From Nitrosopumilus sp. (GTDB taxonomy: Archaea; Thermoproteota; Nitrososphaeria; Nitrososphaerales; Nitrosopumilaceae), in contig OZ241857.1 in assembly GCA_965203315.1 (NCBI GenBank), positions 736,001-800,000 on the forward strand: a DNA stretch of 64,000 nt, given 5' to 3'. Under the pieces are notes generated by a model, which had not been told where the DNA came from, did not search any database, and saw only the letters and a list, made by a program, of their open reading frames with translations. This document shows, piece by piece, positions 1-11,275 of this stretch; positions within the stretch are counted from its first letter, which is position 1; each line of letters begins with the position of its first letter. The position numbers were made by a program, and so were the translations under genes.

Positions 1-642
1 CGGTTCAGCAGAGTCGAGTGGTGTGTCGGGTATTGGTTCTGTTGGTTCTAGTGGTTCTGCAATAACTGGATCAAGTGGTGTGTCGGGTATTGGTTCTGTT
101 GGTTCTAGTGGTTCTGCAATAACTGGATCAAGTGGTGTGTCGGGTATTGTTGGTTCAGCAGAGTCGAGTGGTGTGTCGGGTATCGGTTCTGTTGGTTCTA
201 GAATATCTTTAGCGAGTACAGTTCCAATGATCTCGATCGTCCGCGAACCGGTCGGAACCTCAACAGATAGTACACGCAGCTGATCTGTGGTTGTCTCTTC
301 GGTTACTGTTGATGGAAGATCGTCAATAGCAACATAATATTGATGATCTTCTCCATCCATTATAGAGTCAAGAAATAATCGCTCAAGTGTAACATCTAGT
401 ACCCCTCCATCTCCAAAAGTCGTTACGTCAAAGATTAGTGAGGAATATAGGGAATCAACCACAGCGTCATCAATAGTCATATTTACAGCAGCATATGTGA
501 TATTGTAAGACCGATCACCAATATCGATGGATAGTGTCTCGGCCCATGTAGATTCCGGCGCCAACACAATCAAGACCGTCCCAAAGATTACCCCTGCAAG
601 AAATCGCTTGCAAGGCAAAGACAGATTTACATGATCTGACAT
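1..642 (-). CDS. Secreted/surface protein with Pro-rich repeat linker (partial, runs off window start)
   Basis: Read manually: ATG at 642, MSDHVNLSLPCKRFLAGVIFGTVLIVLAPESTWAETLSID... (signal-like), open to base 1, ending in EPTEPIPDTPLDPVIAEPL repeats. Confidence 0.8.
   Translation of the reverse strand, partial: MSDHVNLSLPCKRFLAGVIFGTVLIVLAPESTWAETLSIDIGDRSYNITYAAVNMTIDDAVVDSLYSSLIFDVTTFGDGGVLDVTLERLFLDSIMDGEDHQYYVAIDDLPSTVTEETTTDQLRVLSVEVPTGSRTIEIIGTVLAKDILEPTEPIPDTPLDSAEPTIPDTPLDPVIAEPLEPTEPIPDTPLDPVIAEPLEPTEPIPDTPLDSAEP
17..200. repeat. Coding tandem repeat, 57-bp unit (19 aa) with a 36-bp variant
   Basis: agtggtgtgtcgggtat recurs at 17, 74, 131 and 167. Confidence 0.9.
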
Positions 643-697
643 ATCTATCTATTCAATAGCAGGTTTAAAAATGCTAAGTACGTCTAGCGTGCATATT

Positions 698-1630
698 CTA
701 TATGACTCCTCGAAGTATCTGAACTATCTTTTCTGCAATAACATTAGCGGCTAACGATTGCGCTTCTTTGGTCTGTGCTCCAATATGAGGAGTCAGTATA
801 ACATTGTCGAGTTTTGCCAATCTGTTCTCTAGTGCCGGTTCTTTTTCAAATACATCTAGTGCAGCTCCGCCGAGTCGACCTTGCTCTAGTGCTAGATATA
901 GAGCATCTTCATCGATTACTCCGCCTCTTGAAGTATTGATGATCTTGGCACTACTCTTCATCAACGACAACTTTGTAGAATCGATCATATGATATGTAGA
1001 TTCCAATAGAGGAACATGAATGGATACATAGTCTGCACTTTGCAATAACGTGTTTAGATCTGCCTTCATCAAACCAACCTCACGTGAAAACTCTTCATCA
1101 ATCGGAATTACGTCATAACCAATGATATTCATGTTTAGTGCCCTAGCCAACCTACCCAGCCGCTTTCCAATATTTCCCAATCCAACTATACCTAGATACT
1201 TGCCTTTAAGCTCAGTTCCCTTTAGTTCCTTCTTGAGCCATTTACCATCGCGTATAGCACGATCGCCGTATGCTGTCTGCCGTGCAAGAGACAGCATCAA
1301 TCCCAAGACTAGTTCAGCTACTGCATTCATTGCTCCCTCTACTGCATTAATTACTCGAATATTCTTTGATTTAGCAGCATCTTGATCAATATTGTCTAAG
1401 CCAACTCCAACCCGCGCTATGATCTTGCACTTTTCTGCGTTGCTGATCATATCTTTTGTGATCTTTGTTCTACTCCGTACAATCACAATCTCAAAGTTTG
1501 CAATCGTTGCTAGGATCTCATCAGGCGTAATCTCTGGCTTGTATGTAACATGAAGACCGTTATCTGTTAAAATCTTATTCAGTATTGGATCTACTTCATC
1601 ACATATCAACACAGATTGATCGAATGTCAT
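698..1630 (-). CDS. serA: D-3-phosphoglycerate dehydrogenase / D-2-hydroxyacid dehydrogenase
   Basis: GLGNIG Rossmann motif, INTSRGGVID, LDVFEKEP, TPHIGAQT. Confidence 0.85.
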   Translation of the reverse strand: MTFDQSVLICDEVDPILNKILTDNGLHVTYKPEITPDEILATIANFEIVIVRSRTKITKDMISNAEKCKIIARVGVGLDNIDQDAAKSKNIRVINAVEGAMNAVAELVLGLMLSLARQTAYGDRAIRDGKWLKKELKGTELKGKYLGIVGLGNIGKRLGRLARALNMNIIGYDVIPIDEEFSREVGLMKADLNTLLQSADYVSIHVPLLESTYHMIDSTKLSLMKSSAKIINTSRGGVIDEDALYLALEQGRLGGAALDVFEKEPALENRLAKLDNVILTPHIGAQTKEAQSLAANVIAEKIVQILRGVI

Positions 1631-1727
1631 ACTCTCACGCAGTCTAGGAAATATATAATCTCTACAAACGGACTAGATTCTTCAAGAGATAGTAAATTTG
1701 TAGATTTGTCGAGAAAAATTTAGGCGA

Positions 1728-4700
1728 CTAGTTTTGGAGATCCTCTGTGGTGGTGCCAAAAATGGCGAGTGTCTTGGACACTATAACGATATCATCACCA
1801 TTCTTACCATAACATGCTTCAGTATCATCAACTAGTTTACTAGATATGTTATCAAAGTTGCTGTCATCGCATTTAGGTATCTCAACTATTTTATTTCCAG
1901 CATAGTAGAACGGAGTTTGATCAGATGTACTAGTGAATTGTACATAGATTTCTTTGCTTAGTGATATCTTGTCATCAAATGTGATATCAGGCGCATCATC
2001 ACATCTGTTAGGATCTATAGATTGTCTAAATTGGAGTTGGAGTGCATTTGTGTGTTGAATAGGTATACTTGTATCTTGACCAACTATTAGATCGCCAACA
2101 TAACAGTAAGGCATATTTGATACTGTGAATGTTTTATTTACTATCCAAGTATCACGGTACAATGTGAGGTAGGCTTTGTTGTCGATATAATATGTCGTGC
2201 CAACATCACTTGCGTATGTATCTATCCGTATCTTGTTGTTACTAGGAGTGTATAGATCTATTGTTCTACCTACATTATCAAACAGCATTGAATCAGGGAC
2301 CGTTATTTCTAATGTAGATTTTTGCAATTCTGATTTCTTGTTTCTTAATTGCTCAACAGTCTTCTTGACTTCAGATAGTTCGTGTTTCAATCTCTCTATT
2401 TCATGTATGTGTATAGTTTGATTTGTATTCAAAGATTCTATTAGACTCTGCGCTGCTGATAGTTCAGTTGGAGTGTTTTTGCATGACTCTGCTAATTGAA
2501 TCAGATGTTCTTTAGTCTTGTTATCTGTATTAAAGGCTATTCTTAGTTCTTCTTTGAACTCTTGTAATCTCTCTTTCCATTGGTCTTTCTTGTTTTTTAA
2601 TTTGTCTTTTTTGTCTTCTAGTTGGTTTATAGTTTGAGATTTTTCATTTATTTTTTCTTGCAAATTAGTAAGAATAGAAGCAGATGATCCGATTATGGTG
2701 GTTGCGGTGATATCTTCAGAGTCGCCTTTATTGTACGGAGCAGGTAGAGTGTTGTCGCTGTACTTTGCAGTGACTGTGTCGCCCTCTTCGACGTATAGTC
2801 TGTGACCACCAGAGCTGGCCTCGGGTACAAAGAATACTGTACCTTCAAAGATACCACTTGCTGGATGTGTCTCGGTTACTGTGAGTGTTATTCCACTGGG
2901 TGCACTAGAAGACCATACTTTGACCTCAAAGTTGTCTGTAGACTTGGGATTCAAGTTCATGTCTGGATCTATGACACGTAGAACACCTGTAGATGTAGCA
3001 GGATAAATTGCTTCTAGCCACTGAACCTCACCAATGTTCCAACGGATTAGAGCAGACTTGCGAACAGTCTCGTCGTCAGAGAACTCGAATGATACCTCGA
3101 GTCCATCGTCGTTGTCTGCGGGCAATAGTCCATTGGTTGGTCCTTTACATGTATCACATGTACGACCTGTGACGTCTTTACCATTATAGCCTGTAGAGTT
3201 ATCATCATCTACGTCATATGAGAATCCTGTCAGTATTACTTCACCTGTAAAGATACCAGTGTTTGTACCTGTCTCTACGAGTTTGTAGTTTTTAATGTCG
3301 TCGGATCTTGTTGCGACACGTATTGGATATGGATCCGCACCAATCTCGTCTACTTGGTTTGTGTTGAGGTTGTGATCAGGAGCTGTTATGGTGATGAATA
3401 CCTTGTCAGTCCAAGTGTATACATTTTGATCTAGTTCTATTGTAGCACCAAAGTTTGACGTGAATACCGTTCTGTCGATATCTTTTGTATTGTCACCAAC
3501 ATAGTCTGCACCTGATGGTCCATAGTCGGTGTACTCTAGCTTGATCTCTTCACCACGTTCCAGTCTGTCTGCACCTATAGCACTAGGAACAGATATGATC
3601 ACTTGGAATATGCCTGTGCTAGGACCAGTCTCTCTTAGTGAACCTGGTTCTGCATCGAATATACTGTCACTCAGATTCACTACACCTGCGTCCGAGTCCC
3701 ACTCGATCAGATCGAGTGTATATGTCTCTCGGGTACCGCTATCCAGATCAAGGTCTGGATCGGATAGCGTTACGATCATATCAGAACCCATAACGTATAC
3801 AGACTTGTCTGTATCTAGAGTACCATTTCGTAGATCAAATGTAGCAGAGTCTGTGACTGTACGTGGGTTGCCAGAAGCATCTGTTGTGTCGTTGTACTGT
3901 ACGGTAATGATATCACCATGCAAGATACAAGTACCATTACCTGGACAGTCGGTACTGCCAGGTCCATCTGTGTATCTTAGATCAAAGCTCACCTCAAAGA
4001 CTCCTGATTCAGGAGATGTCTCTGTTAGAGCACCTAGTTGTTCAGAGGTTGGGCATTGAGCATTTTTAGAGTTCTCAAAAAATATCTTTGCAGATGTGTA
4101 ATCTGTTTGCTTATCAACGTTTGACTTGTCTGCATCATATGCTTTCTTTGCATCATCATAAGCTCGTTTTAATGTACTGTTCTCGCCACTCGGGACCGAA
4201 TACATGCCACCTGCATGAAGTATTTCACAACTGGTACCGTTGCGAGAGATAGTGATCGTGACCGGGCCGTTGTTGGCTTCATTTTCGATCTCATCCTGAC
4301 CTACTGGATTCAAGTTGTAGTCAGGGTCGTTTACTTGAACGTAGACTTTGACTGTGCCAGCTGGAAGAGTATTGTTAGATTTGTCTAGTACTCTTGAAGA
4401 ATTGTCAGAGGCGTCAGCACCAAACGGAACCGGATATACTGTACGATCTAAGATTACAGAACCCGTATTTGTTCCAATTACTGCAGAGTCATCAGTAGTG
4501 ACTATCTGACTAGATGCATCTCTAAAGTCCAGATATGTTACGCCAATGTCCTTGCCACCTACACTTTCTACTCTCGTTATGTTACCATCTTGGACACATA
4601 GTTCTTTTGGTATAGCAAATGAACCGGCAAAGACTCCTGTGCTGGATCCTGTCTCTTGTAGAGTGAATCCTGTTGCACCGAGTCCGTTCTGAATGTTATC

Positions 4701-7089
4701 AGCTAGGCCACATGTACCTGATTGCCATCTCTTACCATCAAAGGTTACCTCGAGTAGCATTCCTAGTGATTTGCCACCAAGTAGTAGAGACTCGTACATT
4801 GAATCTACATCCTTACCAACTTGATCTCTATCTGCATCATTATGAGTACTGTCCATTACGACAGTATAGGTATCAGCACGATCAGGATCTGTATTCAAGT
4901 CTGCGTCTTCTAGTGTGATTACGACATGACTACCTACACCGTATGTCTCTGCGTTCATAGATACCACACCACTAGAGGTTGCGATATCTTGTTGATCAGA
5001 GACCACAGCTGTATTGCCATTTGCGTTAGTATCTACATAGTTTACTCGTGCGTCAGAGCCCATGATGTCTTCAAAGGCGATGAATTTGACTTCGTTGCCT
5101 ATTGGTGTGATACTAGTGTATGTGTCAGAATCGTCAACGTTGAGTTGATTGATCATTATGTACTCGAGTGTTCCTGTAAAGGTACTGGTGTTGTCACCTG
5201 TCTCTTCTACCTCTACTCGTACTATCTGATTGTAGATACGCTCAGAGGCTTGTCTGCCATCATCATAGAATCCATACGAGAAGAAATCTACGATTATGGG
5301 ATATTCTTTGCCTTCAGTGATAGTAAATGATGGTGTTGTGTGGCCATTTCCGTCTTTGATTATTATTCCCAGTGTGACTTGAGCGCTAGTACCGACCTTT
5401 AATAGGAATTCAGAACTAGATAGTGAATATGACAGAGTCTCGTTGTTTCTATCTTTGACCATAAAGCCGGTTATGTCTCTAAGGCCAGAACGAGTATCGT
5501 ATGTGGAGAGTCTACTGTCGCTATTGTCTAGCAATGTTTCAAAGTAAACAACATCTCCTGCACTGTTGTGTATGTTTAGATCAACACGCATGTTGTTTGT
5601 ATCAAAGACGTTAAAGTCATAGTTGAATAGATTTCGTCCTGTAAAGTTGCCTTTATTTGAACGGTCATCGTTGATCGATTCGTGTAGATCTTCTACCGTA
5701 CCTAGTGGAATAGCAATCATCCCTCCAATAAAGGCGCCGGATGCTACTCCAGCAAGTCGAAGTTCTTCTGTATCGAGAATATTATTTGTACCGTTCCATG
5801 ACAGTATGCCTCTATGACTATCATCGACTCTAAAATCTAAGTCACGTATGTATGTCCTATCATTTGGATCTATTGGATATTTCTGCCAAGTGGAACCTGG
5901 CTGCGTATAAGCATGTGCAGAATTGTCTTTACTGTCCATCAGTGTACGTGGATCACCTGTCATAAATGTTGGAATTCTTGCATCTGGATTAGATACTGTT
6001 TGATCGTCCTCTGCATCACTGTCTTTGTTTTGATCTGCATCGACTATGGTTAGGTCGATCTTTTCACCAGAGTTCCATATACCGTCTGCGATATCTAGGT
6101 TTACTGTGGCAGTGGTTAGTCGTACGTTTACGGCTACACTCTCATCACTATATGTGATCTGTGTGTTTGTACCTCGTGGTGCGTTTGACGTTGTCATTAT
6201 TTTGTTACTGTCATCATGTAGCTCAAAGACACCAGTGTTTGGTCCTGTCTCTTCAAGAGTAATGGTAGTGACAGCATCTAGTACTGTACTACTCTCGATC
6301 ACTAGCAAGCAATTATCGTCACAACCCAGATTAGTTGATGTAGCAGTAAATGTTTCAGTGCCATTACCTTTGTAGGTAATTGTCTGGGCGCTATCTACTT
6401 TAAATTCCCAAACATCTTTATCGGTTGGATCGATGTTTAGTACATGATCTGTTACAGTTAGATAGACACTTGTGCTTTGTGGATAAAAGTTACGATCAAG
6501 TTCGATTCCATTGTTTGTAGATGTGTCATATGTCACGGTTACTGTTTGATGATTTCCAGCCTTGTGATAAACAACATCAACTTCGTCTCCATCATCAAGT
6601 TCAAGATACTTTACATATTTGACATCGTCAGTATTAACAACGCTTATCTTACCACTGTTATCTCTTTTATTTGGTATTTCACTCAGAAATCTATCTCTGT
6701 GTATTTGTTCATCACTATTAAAATCACCGGTAGTAATAGCACCACCATAATCGCCGTCATTATTACCATCTCTTCCGATATCCGCAAAGTAGCCATACCA
6801 AGAACCGTCTGCACCATGTTGCATTGTAAGTTTCTCGTCATTTACAGTAACTCTAGGCATAGCATCACCAGCATCAATTATTAGTGGATCATTTACAATG
6901 ACCTCCACATACTGTATACCACCAAAAGTGTTGTCGAATCTAGCTCCGTATCCATTTGGATCAGCAGCTGAGACGTATAGGTTTGGCGTCGATTGAGCAT
7001 ATACATTATCATATTCAGGCAGGATAGATCCTACAGCCCCCCCCCCCCACAATAATGAGCAACAGAGTTAGCGTAACTACAAAATTCAT
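1728..7089 (-). CDS. S-layer protein paralog with coiled coil and foreign C-terminal domain; frameshifted at a G12 tract in the signal peptide
   Basis: Collinear with 56798..61639 (ETGPNTG/ETGxxTG repeats). ATG at 7089 gives MNFVVTLTLLLIIV, which is one base out of frame with the 1774-aa ORF across C12 at 7037-7048. Confidence 0.85.
7037..7048 (-). repeat. G12 homopolymer in signal-peptide coding region
   Basis: 12 consecutive C on the + strand. Confidence 0.9.
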
Positions 7090-7114
7090 TTATTAGTATG
7101 ATTAACTATTGGCG

Positions 7115-7122
7115 ATTATAAA
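7115..7122 (-). promoter_or_regulatory. Putative TATA box of S-layer paralog
   Basis: TTTATAAT 25 nt upstream of ATG 7089, consistent with leaderless archaeal spacing. Confidence 0.55.
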
Positions 7123-7214
7123 CCTACAGATCCTAACATAAATTTCATCAATAAATTGAACAAATCGTATATCTTGAAATTATATCGTCATGTCATCTCT
7201 TATGTGCGATAGAA

Positions 7215-7388
7215 GGTTCTGTTCAATTGACGGGGGTTGAGATCGAGATGACGTTATTTCAAATAACGCACAATACTAGACTCAACAGCAGAATTTACGA
7301 TAGCTAGTATGAGACCGTTTCCATATTTTGCAAAACTTTTCAAAAATTTTGTGCAGAAAACGCCAACCACCATCAATTGAACAGAACC
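7215..7388 (+). mobile_element. MITE family A copy (IS6-like TIRs)
   Basis: TIRs ggttctgttcaattga...tcaattgaacagaacc; 6 close copies in window. Confidence 0.9.
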
Positions 7389-7615
7389 CACATTACTACT
7401 ACAAGACAGAGTTGGCAAGTTACCTCAAGATGACTATTGATCTTTTGGAGTCATTAATCGGAGAGATTTCGCCAGAACCACCAGAACCGATCGCTCCGTG
7501 AACGAAGACTTCCCACTTACCTTTTTCCGCCAACACTTGCGATGTCTGTTGTAGAATGTCATCCCACGTAAACTGAAGAGAATCTTGTGTGAGGCACAAC
7601 ACCATACAATGTCAC

Positions 7616-9332
7616 GTAAGCGGTTAGCCTGACAACGATTCTTGCTGTGTGTTGAGCATTTAGGATATTGATGGATTATTTACATGACATACGAACTTAC
7701 TATCTAGTACGTCTCTTCAGCAGCCTTTGCCGTGAGAATCCTCAACAATTCGTCTCTAATGCTCAGCCCACGTTTGCGACATGTAAAGAAGAACGTAAAC
7801 AAGATAGACCATGCATCCATGCCGCGCTGCGATGTAAAGTGCAGCGAAATGTTGCGATGTATTGCAATTGGCCGCATGTACAGTTCTGTCTCGTTGTTCG
7901 TGGGATCCATTCCAGGATGGTTCACGAATGTAAAGAGATTGGGAGCAGCATTACGCAGCGTCGTCGCAAATTTCTTGTTGCCGAGCTTTTCGTGCTGATC
8001 TACAACATCTAATACCTGTGCTATTAAATCCGACACATCTCCCGGCGGTCGTCCCTTGGCTATGTGAAATATCTTTTGTAGTCTTTCGTGCAATATTGTA
8101 GTTTCATGGCAATATAGGGCAGTCTTCATTGCATGTTTTGAATCGATCAATATGTGTGACCAACATCTCTGTGTGTCATCATCCGTCTCGTAACCGCAAT
8201 ATCCATCAACAGTCTTGCATTTGTTTTTAAACGGTTTGAAATATTCATCTAAAACCCTCGATCCTCGTGTATCTGTTACACGAACGAGAACTGCATCATC
8301 TGTGACACATGTCCACACATATCCACGTTTGCCTGGTACTTTATGTGGCGTTTCGTCAAATTTGACATTTTCAGAACTTTCAGCTGCTTTCCAGATGCCT
8401 GAAACATCGTCTTCTATTGCGTTAACGAGTGCAAATGTAGCGTTGTTTATGGTTGCTTTAGATGGACGGTAATCAAAAAACTCTAATTGTTTTTGAATCA
8501 TTCCTTGTGACATATTGTTGAATAGTGAAATTCCATGATGGACTAGCATGTTTATGCTCATCTCTGTACCCTTGATCTTGGGAATCTTTTTACTAGTATC
8601 CCACTCGTATCCGCAACCATTACACGTATGTTTATATCCAACATGCGTATTTATCTCGGTTTTTGGCAGAGGTACATCACGAATCCTACACTGATATGAT
8701 TTGTTGTACGTGATATCTATGCCATGGCAGCCTGGACACGCTGAATCTATGTACGGGACAGTACCTGCTGATTTGTCCGTCTGCGATACTCCTACGTGAT
8801 TCTCTTTTTGGCCTACTTTATTGTAATCCTTTGGATCTATATACGCTGCTATTCTTTCTTGCATTGTAGGTATGCTGTTCTTGGATGATGGATTAAACGG
8901 ACTCTCATAGTATGGCATCTTTTGTTGTAACTCTTGGCTCTTTTTTGCGTGTGTACATGTCTCTGGTTTACATTGATCTGAATGACCGCCCAGTTGTTGC
9001 TCAAGTTTACGTTCTAGTTCTGCAGTTCGTAGTTCTCCTTGTAATATGACGCCCCTCTGCCATTCAATCATATCTAGTGTAATGCGAATTATCTCGTCTT
9101 TGTCATCGAGTTGTGTATGCAACATTGCGATCTCCTCTCGAAGTATCTTCATCTCTGATTGAGGCATGACATTCATAGTTATGTACTAGTATTTACACAG
9201 ATCAAAAAATAAAGTTGACACAATGGTAAGCCAAACTAAACACTAATTTTTTCTAATCATGCAGATCGACATGAATTGCATACGTTATCTTGCTCAAAAC
9301 ACCACGAGATCGTTGTCAGCCTAACCGCTTAC
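7616..9332 (-). mobile_element. IS66-family element (single-ORF type)
   Basis: 24-bp TIR gtaagcggttag(c/g)ctgacaacgat; 8-bp TSD aatgtcac at 7608-7615 and 9333-9340. Confidence 0.93.
7704..9176 (-). CDS. IS66-family transposase
   Basis: NSSxP-like motif, CPGC/CNGC zinc finger, DET, DGY, QRCWSH, PTNNETE. Confidence 0.92.
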   Translation of the reverse strand: MNVMPQSEMKILREEIAMLHTQLDDKDEIIRITLDMIEWQRGVILQGELRTAELERKLEQQLGGHSDQCKPETCTHAKKSQELQQKMPYYESPFNPSSKNSIPTMQERIAAYIDPKDYNKVGQKENHVGVSQTDKSAGTVPYIDSACPGCHGIDITYNKSYQCRIRDVPLPKTEINTHVGYKHTCNGCGYEWDTSKKIPKIKGTEMSINMLVHHGISLFNNMSQGMIQKQLEFFDYRPSKATINNATFALVNAIEDDVSGIWKAAESSENVKFDETPHKVPGKRGYVWTCVTDDAVLVRVTDTRGSRVLDEYFKPFKNKCKTVDGYCGYETDDDTQRCWSHILIDSKHAMKTALYCHETTILHERLQKIFHIAKGRPPGDVSDLIAQVLDVVDQHEKLGNKKFATTLRNAAPNLFTFVNHPGMDPTNNETELYMRPIAIHRNISLHFTSQRGMDAWSILFTFFFTCRKRGLSIRDELLRILTAKAAEETY

Positions 9333-9776
9333 AATGTCACAGTTTACATCTTTATTAACATCTAAAGATTTGTTCCAATTAGCGTTGAGTGGATCTGAAG
9401 AGATATGTCCTTATTGTAGTACATCGAACGAATCACAAACTATCTCAAAGAATAGTCGCATGTAGGACTCATTTCTTAGATATTTGTGATACGAGAGATC
9501 TAAAATGAACACAGTACGATCGTTTAAGATTAGTTGTGTATTTTATGAAAGGTGTTTCACGCTCACAAAGTTCAAAGATTTAGACTAGATAAGAGATAAA
9601 ACTAATGCGATTAGGGATATCAGGTCTCCAAACTTGCTGATCGATAACACAGTAAAACAGATACGAAATTCGAACATATTGAGATAGAATCGATTGACTT
9701 TCAATCAGTTTCTGATGTATCTCTTCATTTTTTGACTGATTTCGGACATCAAATTCGTACGTAGTTCAAGGGTCAT

Positions 9777-10025
9777 TTGGTGGCAATGAATACCAAATCG
9801 CCAAAACTAATTTGGGATGATAGTGTAAGAAACAGTATGATGGAAGTCTTTGGTAGTTCGATCTCTAGGGATGGTATTTTATCCCATATTACGGGGGTTG
9901 CTAAAAAGGATGACGATACTCTTGATATTTGTTTTAAGAAAAGCGGAAAGTGCGCATATATGAGCTGTGTCAAAGAAAATAAAAGATACAAAGGCATCTA
10001 TGTGGAGGAGATACTTTTTGGCTAA
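9777..10025 (+). CDS. Small hypothetical protein
   Basis: 82-aa ORF directly upstream of the Panacea-like gene. Confidence 0.35.
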   Translation: MVAMNTKSPKLIWDDSVRNSMMEVFGSSISRDGILSHITGVAKKDDDTLDICFKKSGKCAYMSCVKENKRYKGIYVEEILFG

Positions 10026-10833
10026 AATGAAAAGTACAGAGCCAATCAAAGTGTATCCTGACTCAACAAAAAGTTATTCACTAGAAGGAATACTCAAGAT
10101 CATTGAAAAGATCGAAGGCGGAGACATACTCAAGAGGATTGACGATCCAAATGAAAAAAAGTTTGTAGAAATATTGAGGGAAATAGAAAAGGTTAGAAAG
10201 GAACATCCAAAAACAGAACATGCGGAAGAGATACAGTTTGAAAAGTTAGAAGAAATGGCAAGTAAGTTAAAAAACCATAGTTTAGATACCCATGATAGAA
10301 ATAGGATCATGAATCTTATTCTAGAGTCTAACGAGGAGTATAAAGTTAGGAAAAACGTCAAGCATAGAATCTCTGATGTGATTTTATACATTTTGTTTGC
10401 TCAATCATCATATCCAATTCATGGCAGAATTACGATAACAAAACAAGTGTTCTTGACAATCAAAGAAGTACTAGGAGAAGAAAATGTGGAAAATCCTAAA
10501 TTTGTTCCATATAGGTATGGACCATACAGCTTTCTTGTAACACATGTTATATCAAATTTGGAATATGATGGGTTACTTGATATCAAAGGAAGAAAAAACA
10601 CATCTAGTGAAAAGTTCATTTTAACAGAAAAAGGCATAAAAGTTGCCAAGAAAAAATTTACAAGATTGCCTCGTAAATTACAAAATGAATTAATTGACAA
10701 ACGCATAGGATGGGATCAAAGTCATGTTAGAGGTATTTTAGCATACGTTTACAACAAGTATCCCGAATATACTGAAAAGTCTTTACTCAAGAAAAAATAT
10801 CAATCAATAATATGGGGAAGAGCTAGAGGTTGA
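9967..10833 (+). CDS. Protein with C-terminal SocA/Panacea (DUF4065/YwgA-like) domain; true start may be 10000 or 10027
   Basis: GRITITKQVFL...FVPYRYGPYS...LTEKG...YVYNKYPEY motif pattern; AT-rich. Confidence 0.65.
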   Translation: MSKKIKDTKASMWRRYFLAKMKSTEPIKVYPDSTKSYSLEGILKIIEKIEGGDILKRIDDPNEKKFVEILREIEKVRKEHPKTEHAEEIQFEKLEEMASKLKNHSLDTHDRNRIMNLILESNEEYKVRKNVKHRISDVILYILFAQSSYPIHGRITITKQVFLTIKEVLGEENVENPKFVPYRYGPYSFLVTHVISNLEYDGLLDIKGRKNTSSEKFILTEKGIKVAKKKFTRLPRKLQNELIDKRIGWDQSHVRGILAYVYNKYPEYTEKSLLKKKYQSIIWGRARG

Positions 10834-10866
10834 ATCTCAAACAAATTAAATTAAAACGCATTGATG

Positions 10867-11045
10867 GGTTCTTTTAGCTTGTCGGGTGGTTAAGATGCAG
10901 GTATTTCAAGAAATGCACCGTATGCAACTTAAAACATCAATAATCTACAATGGGCGATCTAGACATTTTTCATAACTTGTAAAATTTTTAGAGAATGGTG
11001 CGTGAAAACTATCGACCCCCCCCCCCCCGTTAAGCTAAAAGAGCC
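10867..11045 (+). mobile_element. MITE subfamily A2 (IS6-like TIRs, internal C13 tract)
   Basis: TIRs ggttcttttagctt...aagctaaaagagcc; homologous in reverse to 56311-56481. Confidence 0.88.
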
Positions 11046-11107
11046 CATAGTTCACACAGACTCGATAAGATAATTAATGATAAATAACGAGTAGAATGTA
11101 CAGAGAC

Positions 11108-11275
11108 ATGACAAAATGTGAAGAGTGTGACGCAGATATTTCCATTCCTGCCGATGCCTTGGAGGGTGAGATCGTAACATGTCCAGAATGTGGTGCAAGT
11201 TTTGAGTTGACCAAAGGTGCAGATGGTTTTGATTTAAAGCCTGCCCAGACAGTAGGCGAGGATTGGGGGCAGTGA
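11108..11275 (+). CDS. lysW: Amino-group carrier protein LysW (ends EDWGQ)
   Basis: MTKCEECDADISIPADALEGEIVTCPECGASFELTKGADGFDLKPAQTVGEDWGQ; overlaps lysX start; absent from ORF track. Confidence 0.93.
   Translation: MTKCEECDADISIPADALEGEIVTCPECGASFELTKGADGFDLKPAQTVGEDWGQ

Noticed and set aside
17-200. Short repeats as a possible CRISPR array
   Set aside because: Units are contiguous, in-frame multiples of 3 and lack unique spacers; they encode a Pro-rich linker.
7389-7615. Possible gene interrupted by IS66
   Set aside because: Rejoining the flanks gave no recognisable protein.
11016-11028. C13 tract as a phase-variation switch for lysW
   Set aside because: It lies within the MITE A2 subterminal region (G6 in the other copy), not in a CDS or TATA-to-start spacer.
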